From positions 54,126,001-54,190,000 of the forward strand of contig NC_043010.1 of NCBI RefSeq assembly GCF_006345805.1: a DNA stretch of 64,000 bases, read 5' to 3'. The first letter of the stretch is position 1. Each line of letters opens with the position of its first letter. Origin of the DNA: Octopus sinensis (taxonomy: Eukaryota). Below are positions 11,623-26,450 of this stretch, in pieces. The notes below the pieces were generated by a model, which was not told where the DNA came from, ran no database searches, and was given only the letters and a program-made list of their open reading frames with translations. The position numbers and the translations under genes are program-made.

Positions 11623-11635
11623 TATCTGTCTACAC

Positions 11636-11669
<34 letters not shown>

Positions 11670-11694
11670 TATATTATATATATATATATATGGC

Positions 11695-11735
<41 letters not shown>

Positions 11736-12331
11736 ACATAAACACTACAGCAGCAGCTAACAGTGTTAGTGGGAGGACATTAATTCACTTTCAACATCAA
11801 AGCTACTATTTAGGGGGATGGTTGTCGTATATTTATATGCATATTAGCATTGGCGACGGTGCTGTACTTCGTCAATTAACATCATTATGCATTTAGTAAC
11901 CTCGTGTGATGTTACCACAGTTATTTGCAAAGAACACTAAAAAAAAAATTAACAGCACAAATGAACAGTTTTTATCGGTCTGGTACAGCACTGCGTAAGT
12001 GGAATTTAATATTCTAGCAATGAAATAGACGTTAAGTAACTCATTTGCAGCATATATACAGTTTTACTCAATCAGAGATTAGCTTTCCAAGAAAATAAAT
12101 GAAATACAACCTCACACGCAAGCGCACGTAGCCAGACACGTATATGATTTAATGAAACAGAGTGCGGGAAGATGTTACGATGAATGGGCTTGGTGTGTAT
12201 TTAAAAAATCCGAAATTGATAACGCGCTGGTCGTTGTTTCGAGATAACCATTCGGATTCATACTTCACCTGACATAGAACGGAAATCAGAAAACTCTCAT
12301 GTAAGCACTAATATATGTATTTGTGAAAGGT

Positions 12332-12575
12332 AGGAGAGTCCAGTTTGCCGGACATTGTTGTAGAGCTGAAAAAGAGGTAATTTCTACTCTTCCCCTCTGG
12401 AAGCCATCTACTCGCAATACCAGAGGGCGCACACTCTCCTACCCTGATGTAATCTCCAGGGATACAGGCATCTAGCAACAGGACCTCCGCAATGCCATGA
12501 TGGACCGTGAAGTCTGGCGTAGCATGGTAAATTCCATTGTCTCGACCACGGTCGAACAATGATGAATGATATGTA
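12332..12575 (+). mobile_element. RTE-type LINE 3' end
   Basis: RRVQFAGHCCRAEKEVISTLPLWKPSTRNTRGRTLSYPDVISRDTGI*QQDLRNAMMDREVWRSMVNSIVSTTVEQ* resembles the RTE ORF C-terminus (FAGH...GR...D...W); short TGA-repeat tail. Confidence 0.8.
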
Positions 12576-12586
12576 TTTATGTATGT

Positions 12587-12835
12587 GTGGAGGCGCATGG
12601 CTTAATGGTTAGGGTGTCAGCACCATGATCGTAAGATTGTGGTTTCGATTCCTGGACCGGGCGGCGCGTTGTGTTCTTGAGCAAAACACTTCGTTTCACG
12701 TTGCTCCAGTCCACTCAGCTGGCAAAAATGAGCAACGCTGCGTCCAGCTAGGGGACATATACGCGATAGAAACCAGGAAATCGGGCACATGCGCCTAGCT
12801 AGGATTTGGAAAGACGCATTTATTTATTTATTTGG
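12587..12835 (+). mobile_element. tRNA-derived SINE (head/body type A, tail X)
   Basis: A-box TGGCTTAATGG 12598-12608, B-box GGTTTCGATTCC 12641-12652, core GTGTTCTTGAGCAAAACACTT...CAGTCCACTCAGCTGGC, (TTTA)n tail. Confidence 0.85.
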
Positions 12836-13224
12836 TTATGTATTTATGTATGTATGTATGCATGTTTGTATGTATACAAGCAGTCACACACATGAAATGT
12901 AATCTTAAAAGATATAAATGAAAGAAAAACACAAATATTTATGTAATCAATATCAGGGGTGTATAAATATGTACACATATCTTTCAGTTTGAGGTTTGAA
13001 AGGCATGTCACAAGAGTTCGTACTGTGGCACATGTTACTTCTGTTAGCCACACAGCTGTGCATTATGCGATAGAATGTGCAAATCTTTGGCCAGGTTTAA
13101 GAGTGAAACAAGGAAGGGCCTTACTTTGCATCAACAATGACTCATTTCAGCGATTCTTTCTAGTAATCGCTCTACTCTTATACAAGAAAGGAGTTAAGAG
13201 GTAGGTAGGTAGGTAGGTAGGTAG

Positions 13225-13259
<35 letters not shown>

Positions 13260-13459
13260 TGTATTTATGTATTTATGTATGTCTGTATGTATGTATGTCT
13301 GTATATCTGTATGTATGTATGTGTGTATGTATGTATGTATGTATGTACGTCTAATACGTATATATGTGTGTAGGATGTGCAAGCACACACGTTCTCATGC
13401 ACTAGTGTGTATACATGGATAGACAAAAATGCATAAAAGGTTTATAGGTCAGTCATACA

Positions 13460-13493
<34 letters not shown>

Positions 13494-14604
13494 CATACAT
13501 ACATACATACATACATACATACGCAAAAACACAGACATATCTACGTACATAAACAGAATGATACATACGTTAACTGATTGATAGATATATACATTGATAG
13601 ATGGATATAATACATACATACGGTAAGGTCATGCATATCTATACACACCTAAATTTTCAAAATGTAGATAGTTGTGTCTTTATTATAATATATATCTCAC
13701 TTGCATTTTATTAAGTGAAGAATTTTCAATAAAATGTTTTTAAGGTTCCGAGAAGGTGTGATAAAGAATGGGATATAATAATGGTAATTTATACATACCG
13801 AGTATATCAAAAGTCTATTATGTGAGCGATATATCGAATACTTTCTTCCCATTAATAATACCATATTCAGATTAACAATAGTTAAAAAGTTTCAGTCTTG
13901 GAGGAATTACTGTAGAAAGATCTCTAGAATACGGTTTGTCATATTCCCTTTTGTAAATGGCGAATATATTTAAACAAAACGTTAAACATACACACATAGA
14001 TACACACATTATACCTAAAAAAATATGTAACTGTATGTAACATATATATACATAGGTAATAAATATATATATATATATATATGTGTGTGTTGTGTGTGTA
14101 TGTATATGTATGTATCTAAATATATGTGAACACACATATGTACGCTTAATAAGCATATATACTAGTAGACACTTGTATTTACAAACGAATGAAAATATAA
14201 TAAAGTACGATATAGAATTTTTCTATATTTTAATCGTGGTTGAAACTTCTTCAGTCGCCATTGTGAATATTCAAGCAGCCGAAGGCTGGCAACAACGGGA
14301 GTGTGTACAGTGACACATATTCGTAAATACATCGAAAGTTCATTCGTCATTGAGATTTATTACTTACTAAAATCAGATGAATTCATTTGATGAATTTATG
14401 CCAAAGAAATGCGAATTACCATACTTAACGGTGTTTATGGATATTGAAGACTGTATGTTGCGATTCTAGTTATTTTCTCCATTCTTTCAAATATGTGATG
14501 TGACGCACAAGTTAGCGTTTCAAAAACCTTCTGCGTAGGAGTGGTGGTAGTAGTAGTAGTAGTAGTATAGTAGTAGTAGTAGTAGTATAGTAGTAGTAGT
14601 AGTA

Positions 14605-14668
<64 letters not shown>

Positions 14669-16023
14669 GGTGGCGGTGGTGGTGGTGGTGGTGGTGGTGC
14701 TGCTGCTGCTGGTAAGAATAAGCGGTTTCAACTTTTAGCATAAGACCAGCAATTTCGGGGTAGGGCTGGTAAGTCAGTAATCAAAGGATACTTATTTTAT
14801 CGACCTTAAATGCATGGAAGTTGCGGCAGGCATCAGCAAAAAGGTTGTCCAAACAAACCTTCTATATAAGCGTCAAAACTTCATAGGCCTCTCCATCTAA
14901 ATGAAGCGATTTGTTCGTTGAGAAACATCTCAATATTTTCTAACACAGATCTTGATATTAACCTTTTATACTGACTTACGTCTTCCGTTGGTGGTTGTGG
15001 TACGTCATAGATTTGGACTCTAAATGCAATAACAGTCTCTAATATATCACGCAATCCTAACAGTAGTCAAAATGCTAACAAATCGTTTCATTTATCAACC
15101 CTGGAGCAGTGAGAATCCAACCCAATCCCTCAAACATCTGAAAGCAGTTTTGTTACCAAATTGCTCCACGTTCCCTTTTTTTTGTTCTGGTGCACAAGCT
15201 CTAGCTCTCACTATGTATCCTTATCTTCTCCTCTTTGGAACAATATTCGAGTCTTATTTTCCCTGTTAGGTTGTCAGTCGTAACTTCTTTAATTATCACT
15301 CATTTTTGTAGGCTAACTAACTCCTCATCTAATGAAATTCTCTTTCTCACAAGCTGTTTATTACATAAAATTGATTATTGTTTTACTCGCCATCAATAGC
15401 TGTTAACCCTTTTCCTACATATGTAGCACTCATCGACGTCACCAAATCGATCTCTGTAGTCATTGCGCGCAGGTAATTTTGCCTTCATCTTCTGACGACC
15501 AAGCCCTAGTTTGTGGATCCTGAGTCGAGCATGCAGCTTAAAAACTCGCAGTCTGCGAAGGCGAGTAGCGGTAATTTTGAACATGCTATATTATATATCC
15601 CCACTTAAATAACGTACACTCTATCTCAATGTTAACACTGGCACATAGAGGAAAGTCACTTGGTAACTGTCTGCCAGACAGTTATAATTTTTCGAGCTGA
15701 TTTTCGAGGCCTTTGCACTTTCTTTCATACGTGACCCCTATACATTCATATTGTAAGTCTAAAATACAGTTCCAGGCTCCCATTTACATTAATACCCAGC
15801 AGGTTCCTCCCACAGACGTTTCATAGAGCGATGATAACACCCAGGAAATGCTTTTCTTTGTCATGCATGTCTAGATCAACTTACATGCCGTTCGGAATCA
15901 GGAAGGCTGTTTGTACCTCTTAGATTAATTCTTCCATGGAAAATAGTGACATTCAACCAACAGAAATGTCAGACCGTAACATGTTTATTCAGTGCTTTAC
16001 ATAAATTCTAATCTCAGTAAAAG

Positions 16024-16473
16024 ATATACTCTTTTACTCTTTACTCTTTTACTCTTTACTCTTTTACTCTTTTACTTGTTTCAGTCATTTGACTGCGGCC
16101 ATACTGGAGCACCGCCTTTAGTCGAGCAAATCGACACCCCGGGACTTATTCTTTGTAAGCCCAGGACTTATTCTATCGGTCTCTTTTGTCGAACCGCTAG
16201 TTGGCGGGGACGTAAACACACCAGCATCGGTTGTCAAGCAGTGCTAGGGGGACAAACACAGGCACAGAAACATATACACACACACTTATATATATATATA
16301 CATACATATATACGACAGGCTTCTTTCAGTTTCCGTCTACCAAATCCACTCACAATGCATTGGTCGGCCCGGGGCTATAGCAGAAGACACTTGCCCAGGA
16401 TGCCACGCAGTGGGACTGAACCCGGAACCATGTGGTTGGTTAGCAAGCTACTTACCACACAGCCACTCTTGCA

Positions 16474-16475
<2 letters not shown>
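16024..16475 (-). mobile_element. Full-length SINE (GTAGGAGTGGCTGTGTGG-head family)
   Basis: Homologous to copies at 23778-24145, 27264-27480, 32562-33002, 38215-38467, 39905-40199, 58907-59280, 63069-63320 and 63701-64000; tRNA-like head, internal TA/CA microsatellite, (GAGTAAAA)n tail. Confidence 0.9.
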
Positions 16476-16507
<32 letters not shown>

Positions 16508-17284
16508 TACATACACACATACATGCATATATATATATATCTATTTATGTATCCATCTGTCTGTAAATACGTGTTGTTTTTATCCTCACTTATGTGTCAC
16601 AGTATTCAGTGACAGGATGGATTTTGAACTCAGAACCAAAGGAGTTGGAACGAACTCTCAACGTTGTTCTGTCCAAAGTTCCACGAAGTCATTTATTTTA
16701 TCGCCTTGAACACACACACATGCGCGCACACAGACTCACACATAAATACACCTACGTAAACACACATGCACACAACACACACACACAGTCAGAGACACAC
16801 TCACACACACATACACACATGCACACATATGTATGTACCTATATATGTACGTTTTCAATCTTTTATGATTTCGTATTTCTAACCATTGTATCTATATAAA
16901 CATATTTCTATTATTTACCGTGTATATCATACAGACTATAAAATATTCATAAGTGATCTATTTTACATATATTTTGCATAATTCTTCTCCATACACGAAT
17001 AGGTTAATAGCCTTAATTATACAGAAACATTGATCGATAAATTTAGTACAGTTAACATATTTCAATAAGGATTTAAATGAATTCCTAAAAACTGTTCTAC
17101 TCTAGTTATATATTTCCTGATTCCGAAGATTTAATGTAAATGCGTCTACTGGGAAGCATACGTTTGAAAATAGGCAGTAATATAGTTTATTATTACTCAG
17201 GAAACAACATATAATTGTTTTACTAGACAGCGGGAGAAGACTTTACATTACTTATATCACACTGGAAAAAAATATTTTATCGTA

Positions 17285-17606
17285 TTCAATACTGGAAGAG
17301 TACGATCGACAATGAACGTTCAGATTTAGAAATGTAGTTATCCTATTATATTTTTCATGTTTCAATCAGTTGGACTGTGACCATGCTAGGGCACTGCCGT
17401 CAATTATTTATTTGAACTCCTTACTTATTTATTTAGCCCTGACACTTCAATACTGGAAGTGTACGATCGACAATGAACGTTCAGATTTAGAAATAAAGCT
17501 GTCCTATTATCTTATTCATGTTTCAATCATTTCGATTAAGGCCATGCTGGGGCACTGCCGTCAAGTATGTCTTTGAGCTCCTTACTTATTTATTTAACTC
17601 TGACAC
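17285..17606 (+). repeat. Diverged ~161 bp tandem duplication containing a SINE tail fragment
   Basis: TTCAATACTGGAAG(A/T)GTACGATCGACAATGAACGTTCAGATTTAGAAAT starts at 17285 and 17446. Confidence 0.85.
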
Positions 17607-19273
17607 TGATACGAATTTTGGAAACATGATACTTATAAAATAGGACTCTTTTGCCGAAACTAATTTACTGGGAGATAAACATACCAATGCCGGTTTTCAA
17701 GTGTTGGGCCGGATAAAATTCATATGCAAATGCACATATGCACGCCCACGCAAACACGAAGTTATATCACATACACATACACACACAGGGCAGACTTATT
17801 TTAATATTTTCTTTCCAAATTGAAGTATTTGGGTGGTTGTGGTATATACTAGAAAACCCCTACTCACAATCTTGTGCAGTAGGACTGAACCCAAGACCAG
17901 ATGTTTGGGGAGGAAGCTTTTAACCACACGCTCACCACTGCGACTATGGGTATGATCATGCTTGTAGTACATTGATCGACACGAGTACCTGCATTAGATA
18001 CTCCCATGAGGTAAGGTAGAGAAACTCTGAATATTGAAATTCATTCCGTACAACCTATCACACGCATAAATATTTACTTAGCTTACTTTATTTCAGTCAT
18101 GTGACTGTGGTCATGCTGGAGTACCACCATGATTTTCTACCCTTTCCAGAGCTCCCTAATGTGATCGATTTATTCTGCGTGGTGAGAAATCCTATCATGA
18201 CTATTACAGGTGCTACTTTCTTAGTTCCTCGCTAGTTTGGCACCACTACCCACGGCTGTACTTCATACTGCGATTTTGGTTCATCATCTATAGGAGAATG
18301 GCCAATTTCTTTCAATAATACCGGGTCAGCCACGTGTTATTCTTAACATAAGAGCTGCGCACGAATTTGAGATTGATTTAAATAGCCATTTTCTCAATAT
18401 TATCTTTTTAGTAACAGCAATGATTGGCGAGTGTCCTCGAATAAGTGGCCCGCTGGAGGTTGTTGTTGACAAACAACAGAAGTAATTTCATTCAGCTGAA
18501 TACACGTCATTGATTGGTTGCAATTACCGAAATACGATAACTTTAAGAAATAAGTTCTAAAATACAGAATTTTCTCAACAACGCCAAGAGTAAAAGATAT
18601 TTTATGTGACACATTCTACAAGTATACGAAGTTTGAAAGTGTTTAGTTACAAAAAATTATTTATGAAATCTGTCGCTCAAAAGGTAAAGATCCGAAATAT
18701 TAGCATAGACAAATGAAAAAAACAAATGAAAAAACATTGAAATTGAAAGAATGAAAACAATTCCATAGGGTGAACGAATAATTAATCATATATCGGCAGT
18801 TCGATTAACTATTACCAGTGCATTCGGTAAAATATTCCTGCTATAAATTTATATAGTAATAAAGATTTTTCTTTCTCCGTCAGTTCATTTCAGTAACAAC
18901 GTACGGATAAGAATATTTCTAGCTACGATTTGATACAAGCAGCATATGATATAATGAAGTGGATTAGGCTGATGATATTGAAACAGAAGTTTTGTGTTGG
19001 GTACGGTGATATTGTAGAGAAATGTAACTAAACAATTATATTATTTCGTTATATTAGGTTTTTAGAGGTAATGAATTTTAAACACCGGAATGACAGAAGA
19101 TGTTTTCACCGATGTTTGGAATAATTATATACTAGAATTCATTTCCTTCTAATACTCACTTGATATATATACGGAATTAACGTCTATATATATTTGTGTG
19201 TGTATAAATATATCAGTATAACCTGTATATATACGTGCTTATATACACACATCTCTCTCTCTCTCTCTCTATA

Positions 19274-19317
<44 letters not shown>

Positions 19318-19375
19318 ATCCATATACATACATAAATATACAAATGTGTGTGTGCGTGTAAAATATATGACTATA

Positions 19376-19422
<47 letters not shown>

Positions 19423-19983
19423 TGTGTATATACAAACAGAAACAGAGAGAGAGAGAGAGAAAGAGAAAGGCAATGGAAGCAAATAGCTAGATAACAATTG
19501 CATTATCCTGGTGTGTTTATCGCAAGTTTCTGTGCAAACTGAAACAAAAATATGAAATGTAATATGAAACACACATACACAAAATAATACGTCTACACGC
19601 ACGCACACACACACACACATGTACTCACACACGTATACACACACGCGCGGACAAACAAACACTCATGCTCACACACACAAACGTACACACAAACATATAC
19701 GCGGCTGCGTATACGATCAACAACGACGTCGAAAATAAGCACACCAACACGTATGCATATTTCCTCTATGTAGGAACCAAACCGGATATGTTTGTGCTGT
19801 TAGAAAGGAAATAGTTAGTTTCTACCTAGATTTATGAATATCTTAAAATTTATAACAATATAATATACAAAATATGCTTCAGGTACATCCATTTTATAGA
19901 ATTAAATGTATTCTCTACTAACATAAATCCAATAGAATGTGCCAGATATATACACAATACATACATACACACACACACACATT

Positions 19984-20028
<45 letters not shown>

Positions 20029-20055
20029 GTATGAATATATGTATGTATCTATCTA

Positions 20056-20094
<39 letters not shown>

Positions 20095-20101
20095 ATATAT
20101 A

Positions 20102-20141
<40 letters not shown>

Positions 20142-22106
20142 TATATATATGTATATATATATATGTGTGTGCGCGTGTGGGTGTATACATGAGCGTGTAT
20201 GCATAATGATATGCATTGTTAAATACAAGCGGATGCAGAGATGCACATATTATTCTTAAATGAGTAAGTGCGTATAGGTTCTCAAAAATAAATTTTGGGA
20301 ATTATTTTTTCAAGGGGATTTTTCCCCATCGTCTTGATTGTATTTCTCATTTCGGTCGTGGATTGAAATATACGGTCATGAATACACAGGAATGAAATGC
20401 GCTTGTTAATAGATTTGCTGAGGTAAATCTTCACCTTCCCCTAAGCAACGTTAAGGCGATCATTTGGTAGAATCATCTCAACGGTTGGTGAAATCTTTGG
20501 CTAAAATTTTCCTAGTTAGAATTCCATCAACTTTGCATTTGGTCAACTCGCACTCCCTTCAGAGAATATGATTCTTATTGTGTAGTCGATTCCTCTCTTT
20601 TCGTTTTATCTTTATGTGTTTCTGTCATTCTACCGAGAGATAATCCACTGTAATTAAGCAGAGCGCCATCTAGATTCTGCCAGGTATGAAACTGCCAACG
20701 ATAAACCGTAAACGCTTCCGTTCTGCTTGACCACGACAGGCATTTCAGGTCCTAAGGCAAGACATTAGTGTAGATTGTACTCAATGTATATTTGTTTAAT
20801 ATTTTCAATAGTCGCAATTTCACTTACTCTTCTGCCGTTAGCTTTGAGGAGACATATTTCATCATACACAGAGACCAATAGAACACCATTCGTGTATGTG
20901 TTTAGTTTATTTAGTTTATCACTATAGATTTTGCGTAGAACTCAGAGCCAGCGCTGGAAGGTACGTCGTTTCGTAAACAAATACGATATTGATTTCAATA
21001 ATGCGAGCAAGGAGAGAAAAAACTGCTAGTGGGTATATATGCATATTTCATGATTTATTCATCAGTACTATATCCAAATAATTTGCTATCGAGGAATGTA
21101 TTGGTGGTATATTATATTTCCAAAACAAAATATTGTGTCTCGCTAGCAAGTCATAACCCATCGCTTCTATATGATAATGTATCATACGATATCCTATTAG
21201 AGCAATGAATTTGCATGTTCCTTGTAATTTAAGATATAATGCTTTGTGGTATTCTTTCCGAATTTATACGGAAATCTTTCCGACTTTATACGACTTACTT
21301 TATACTTATGTGGGTTCAGATGTGAAATCCACAAAAATATGGCGGCGTTGACTGAAATATAAAGGATATAATAAAATGCATATGAAGAATATATCAATCC
21401 AATACAAGCGTCACCTTTTTCCTACATCAATCCTGATCTCTTCGAATCATGTCACGCACAGTCTCTTGGATATACCTCTAATATCAGATGTTATTTTCAT
21501 ACAAAATCTGTGATCATTCGAGATGAAAATTACGTGAAGCGTAGGCATGTCTTTGGAAAACACAGCCGCTTAGAATTTAGTTTTTCAGGAAAGAATCAAC
21601 GTTATCGAATATTATCGCATAAAACCTACTGATTATCGTAAGACAGTTATATATCTTTTCAGAAAATTTCGACAGCATTCAGACATTTCTATATTTTGCT
21701 AACAGTCCAAATTTCTGAATAAATTTCTTTATTTCATAAAGACCAAAAAGTACAGACATATTTATTTGAGGAAAATCATATTTGAATAACAAAACAAACA
21801 GAGTAACGCATCTTGGCACAAATATATAATATATGAGGGAGAGAAATACATAGATCGTGATATTAAATATATCTAGACATACATGACTATGTGTGGCTGT
21901 GTCATTATATTTATATTTATACTGTGCATCTGTTTTCCTTTATTATCAATCATATATTATCGGTATGTTTACGATTTATATTAATATTTCAAAAATAATA
22001 GTATAAGTAAACAGATAACTACCAACACATAGGCACATACACAAACGTATTTATATACATATATATATATATATATATACATATATATCCCGTCTTTCAT
22101 TCTACC

Positions 22107-22144
<38 letters not shown>

Positions 22145-22172
22145 TTATATGTATATATATATATATATATAC

Positions 22173-22213
<41 letters not shown>

Positions 22214-22520
22214 CATATATATATATACATACATATATATATATATATACGTATATATATATACATATATACGTATATAGATACATATATATATATATAT
22301 GTATATATATAGATATATATACATGCATATATATATGTGTGTGTGTAGGAATATATAATTATGTGTATATCGCTCTTTATGTGCGTATATTTGTCTTGAG
22401 TGCGATAGGTGAAATGTCATAATATCTTATTTTTTATTTTGCGCATGCGCATTGTTTGTTTTTTATTTTGTTGACAGTATAGTAAGGTCCCTTGGGCACC
22501 GTCTGTACGAAACCTCGACG

Positions 22521-23644
22521 ATGACGCAATTCACTCAGTCAGATATTTAGGAAATGACATGCTGTACTGCATGGCATTCGCACTGGAATCTCCAATACGA
22601 GCATTTCAGAGTGCTTGGGATTTCAATCTGAGGACTGTGTAGAAGATTCGGAAAGAGCTGGATAATTTAATGATGATTACCATAGCAGCACAAAAAAACT
22701 CACTCTGATCGTTCTGACAAGAAAAGAACTCCAGAATTTGTTGGGAAGATCCAGGTTATGATTGACAACGATTCTCCAAGTCAATCATGTCCATTGCTAG
22801 GGAGATGGGAGTGTTAGAGCTTCTTATCAAGTAGTGCATGAAGATATTCGGTATTCATAATACATAATGAGAATGGGCCAATTTTTATCCGAAGCCTTCA
22901 AGCATAAGAGAAAGGCAGCGGTATGGAGAGTCTGAAGAAATTTCCCTCAAATCGAACATGCTTTGGTTTTTTCGGAAACGAGTAGAATTTCTGCCAGGAT
23001 CAGAAGGTGAACACACAGGGAAGCTGTTGCCTTGCCGTATCCCCAAAACATGTACTGAGAGTTTTAATAAATCAATCATCCAGTTAACATCATGGTTTTT
23101 GGAGTAATCTCTAGTGATGGCGAGGTTATGCATGAATTCATTTTCCCGCACGGCCTCACACTCAACGCAGAGGCCTACATTAAGTGCCTGGAGGAGGTAG
23201 TGCTGTTCTTGGTTAAGATTATGGCTGCTGGTTGACCATATGTCGGGCAACAGGAATTTTCACCATGTCACAAAATCAGGAGAGACCACTCATGGCTGTC
23301 AGACAATTTCTGCGACCACATGACTCGCATATGACCACCTAACTCCCCAGACTGCTATATGTGGAGAACAGTTAACCGAGAGACCAACAAAACTCCTAGT
23401 AATACCAATGAAGGCAAGGATTATGGCAGTATTCGCCAACTTAAACAAAGAGACTGTTCAGAAGACTAGCAGGAGATTCCGAAGTCGTCTAGTGGCCGTG
23501 ATTGAAGCCAATGAAGATTTTATTGAATAAATTTACTATTTAGTATTTCAACATATTTTTTATGTAATTTTGGAAAAATATATCTGTTAAAATGAGATTT
23601 GCTATTTTCATTTTTGAGCCATTTAGAGGACAGTTTATTCACCA
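22521..23644 (+). mobile_element. Near full-length decayed maT/DD37D-like Tc1/mariner element
   Basis: ATG 22521 to TAA 23528-23530 across frameshifts: HAVLHGIRTG..., RSDKKRTPEFVGKIQVMIDND, NFCQDQKVNTQ, HPVNIMVFGVISSDG, LNAEAYIKCLEEVV, WLSDNFCDH, PPNSPDC, RFRSRLVAVIEANEDFIE*. The segment carrying the third catalytic D appears deleted. Confidence 0.85.
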
Positions 23645-23687
23645 CACTCTGTGAGTGTATGTGTGTGTGCATATATATCTATATACT

Positions 23688-23777
<90 letters not shown>

Positions 23778-23778
<1 letters not shown>

Positions 23779-24145
23779 TCTTTTATTCTTTTACTCGTTT
23801 CAGTCATTTGAATGCGGCCAAGTTGGAGCATCGCCTGTAGTCGAATAAATCGACCTCAGAACTTATTCTTTGTAAGCCTTCTGCTTATTCTATCGTTCTC
23901 TTTTGTCGAACCGCTAAGTTCTGGGGATATTAACACACCAGCATCGGTTGTCATGTGATGATATGAATACAGATATCTGTATTCATATATATATGTACGA
24001 CGGGCCTCTTTCAGTTTCTGTCTATCAAATCTCCTCACAAGGCGTTAGTTGGCTAGAGGCTGGCTATACCAGAAGACACTTGCCCAAGATGTCCCACAGT
24101 GTTATTGAACGCGGAACCATGTAGTTGTGAAACAAGCTTCTTACC
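23778..24145 (-). mobile_element. SINE (same family as 16024-16475)
   Basis: Direct similarity to other copies in the window. Confidence 0.85.
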
Positions 24146-24200
24146 AAAGAGAGAGAGAGAGATATAGAGAGAGAGAAAAAGGAGAGAGAGAAAGCGAAAG

Positions 24201-24293
<93 letters not shown>

Positions 24294-24784
24294 CCAAAAT
24301 GAGAACTACAATAAGTAAATACAGACGATAAAGAGATAAAAAGGAGGGCAAAAGAATTTATTAATGTCAGTGAGATTTTAGTCCAAATTACTTCGAATAT
24401 AATAACAATTCCCTTAGTCCTGCTATGGGACAAATAATTTTTTAGGTATTTATTTGATATTAAGATTTATATTCTTTGTGTCTATACGTCGTATTCTTAG
24501 ATTCCCTTCTGTCGTATTTCATTTTTTTTATACGTTTTAACTTTTAATTTTTGCTCTTTCTAGGAAACCTCAATATAAACTGTGACATCCTTGAGGGAAT
24601 ACATTCAGACACATTATTAATATTGGAAACTAAGTGATATGGTATATACGGACACCAAGAAATATATATACACTAATGCACGTACGGAGTAAAATAGGTG
24701 TGTAGATATATGTCAGTGTATATGCACATACACATACTCAGACTCGTAAACACACAAGCATATATATTTGTACATATATATATA

Positions 24785-24828
<44 letters not shown>

Positions 24829-24880
24829 TATATATATATACATATGTATATATATATATGTATATATATATCTGTGTATA

Positions 24881-24924
<44 letters not shown>

Positions 24925-25164
24925 GTTTTATTCCATAAGGAAAATATAGTACTCAGTGATTTAAGAATTAGAGTGTATTTTGTTTTCACTTGGCTGATTA
25001 GTTAGAAGTATTTTTTTATAGGGTTACACTATACGTTCCGTTTGTACTAATGTATATATGTATTTATGCACATATCTACGTATCTATCTATACATCTATC
25101 TAGATATGTATGCATGTATGTATGTGTCAGTATATATGTCTGTGTGTATATATATATGTGTATA

Positions 25165-25195
<31 letters not shown>

Positions 25196-25376
25196 GTATG
25201 TATATATATACATACACCCATATACACATATACACATACACACATACATACATACATACACACATATACCTATCTATATTTATATAGCTAGATAGCTAGA
25301 AGATAGATATACATAGAAAATGTATCAGCAATATATAATTTTTGACATAGGCGCACACTCTTATATACACTGTTAT

Positions 25377-25706
25377 CTTTTTTAGACTCCGCCGGTTACG
25401 ACGACGAGGGTCCCAGCTGATACGATCAACGGAACAGCTTGCTCGTCAAATTAACGTGCAAATGGCTGAGCATTCCACAGACACGTGTACCCTTAACGTA
25501 GTTCTCGGGGAAAATCAGCGTGACACAGAGAGTGACAAGGCTGACCCTTTGAAATACAAGTACAACTCATTTTTGCCAGCTGAGTGGACTGGAGCAACGT
25601 GAAATAAAGTGTCTTGCTCAGGGACACAACGCGTCGCTGGGAATCGAACTCACAACCTTACGATCATGAGCCGAATGCCCTAACCACTAAGCCACGCGCC
25701 CTCACT
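25377..25706 (-). mobile_element. tRNA-derived SINE (head/body A, tail Y) with 11-bp TSD
   Basis: TSD TACACTGTTAT at 25366-25376 and 25707-25717; head matches 12587; tail matches 44930 and 49595 copies. Confidence 0.9.
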
Positions 25707-25753
25707 TACACTGTTATGTGCTCTTATACACACACACACATATATACATATAA

Positions 25754-25787
<34 letters not shown>

Positions 25788-25952
25788 CTATATATATATA
25801 TATATAATACATATATATATATATAATATACATATACATATATATATATACATATACATATATATATATATATATATTCATATATATATTATATATATAT
25901 ATACATATATATTTATACATATATATATATATATACATATATTATATATATA

Positions 25953-25993
<41 letters not shown>

Positions 25994-26244
25994 TACATAT
26001 ACAAACAAAGATAGATAGATAGATAGACAGATAGATAGATAGATAGATAGATAGATAGGAAACAGTGTTTTTTCTACTGAATAAATGGCAAACGTTTCAT
26101 TATTTCTCTTATTGGCATCGTGATGTTTCATTCTAAATGTCTCCCTCAAGGTTTTCATTCCATCACTGAGTGCAATTTATTTTCATATCCTGTAGAGTTC
26201 GTTCTTCCCATCTATAAGGCCGTATTTCCATGTTTCACATCTAC

Positions 26245-26450
26245 TTATTACCTCCGCCTTTGCAAAGGCAGAGGTATTGTATTCAGTCGCATTTCTTTGC
26301 TTGTTGTCTGTAGACAAGACATCTCAACATCCGCTGGATGGTATGGGATGAAACTTTCAGGGACGTGTGGCCTCGTTATTTGCACGAATTGATTAGATTT
26401 TGGGATTGATCCAGCACCGACCAAGGATTTTGGATTATTTTTCAAGTTCT
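26245..26450 (+). mobile_element. Helentron-associated (HINE/DINE-1-like) element, 5' part
   Basis: TTATTACCTCCGCC start within the near-perfect palindrome TACCTCCGCCTTTGCAAAGGCAGAGGTA, then a short GTCT-type microsatellite and a GGATGAAACTTTCAGG core; architecture typical of HINEs. Confidence 0.6.

Noticed and set aside
12587-12660. tRNA gene
   Set aside because: A and B boxes are present but continue into SINE body and tail; no complete cloverleaf. The same applies to the other SINE heads.
12978-13095. Plus-strand exon with ankyrin-like HTAVHYAIECANL
   Set aside because: Only a short motif resemblance; the rest of an ankyrin repeat is absent and no second repeat was found.
15992-16612. 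206-aa ORF (longest in track)
   Set aside because: Antisense read-through of a SINE plus flanking microsatellites.
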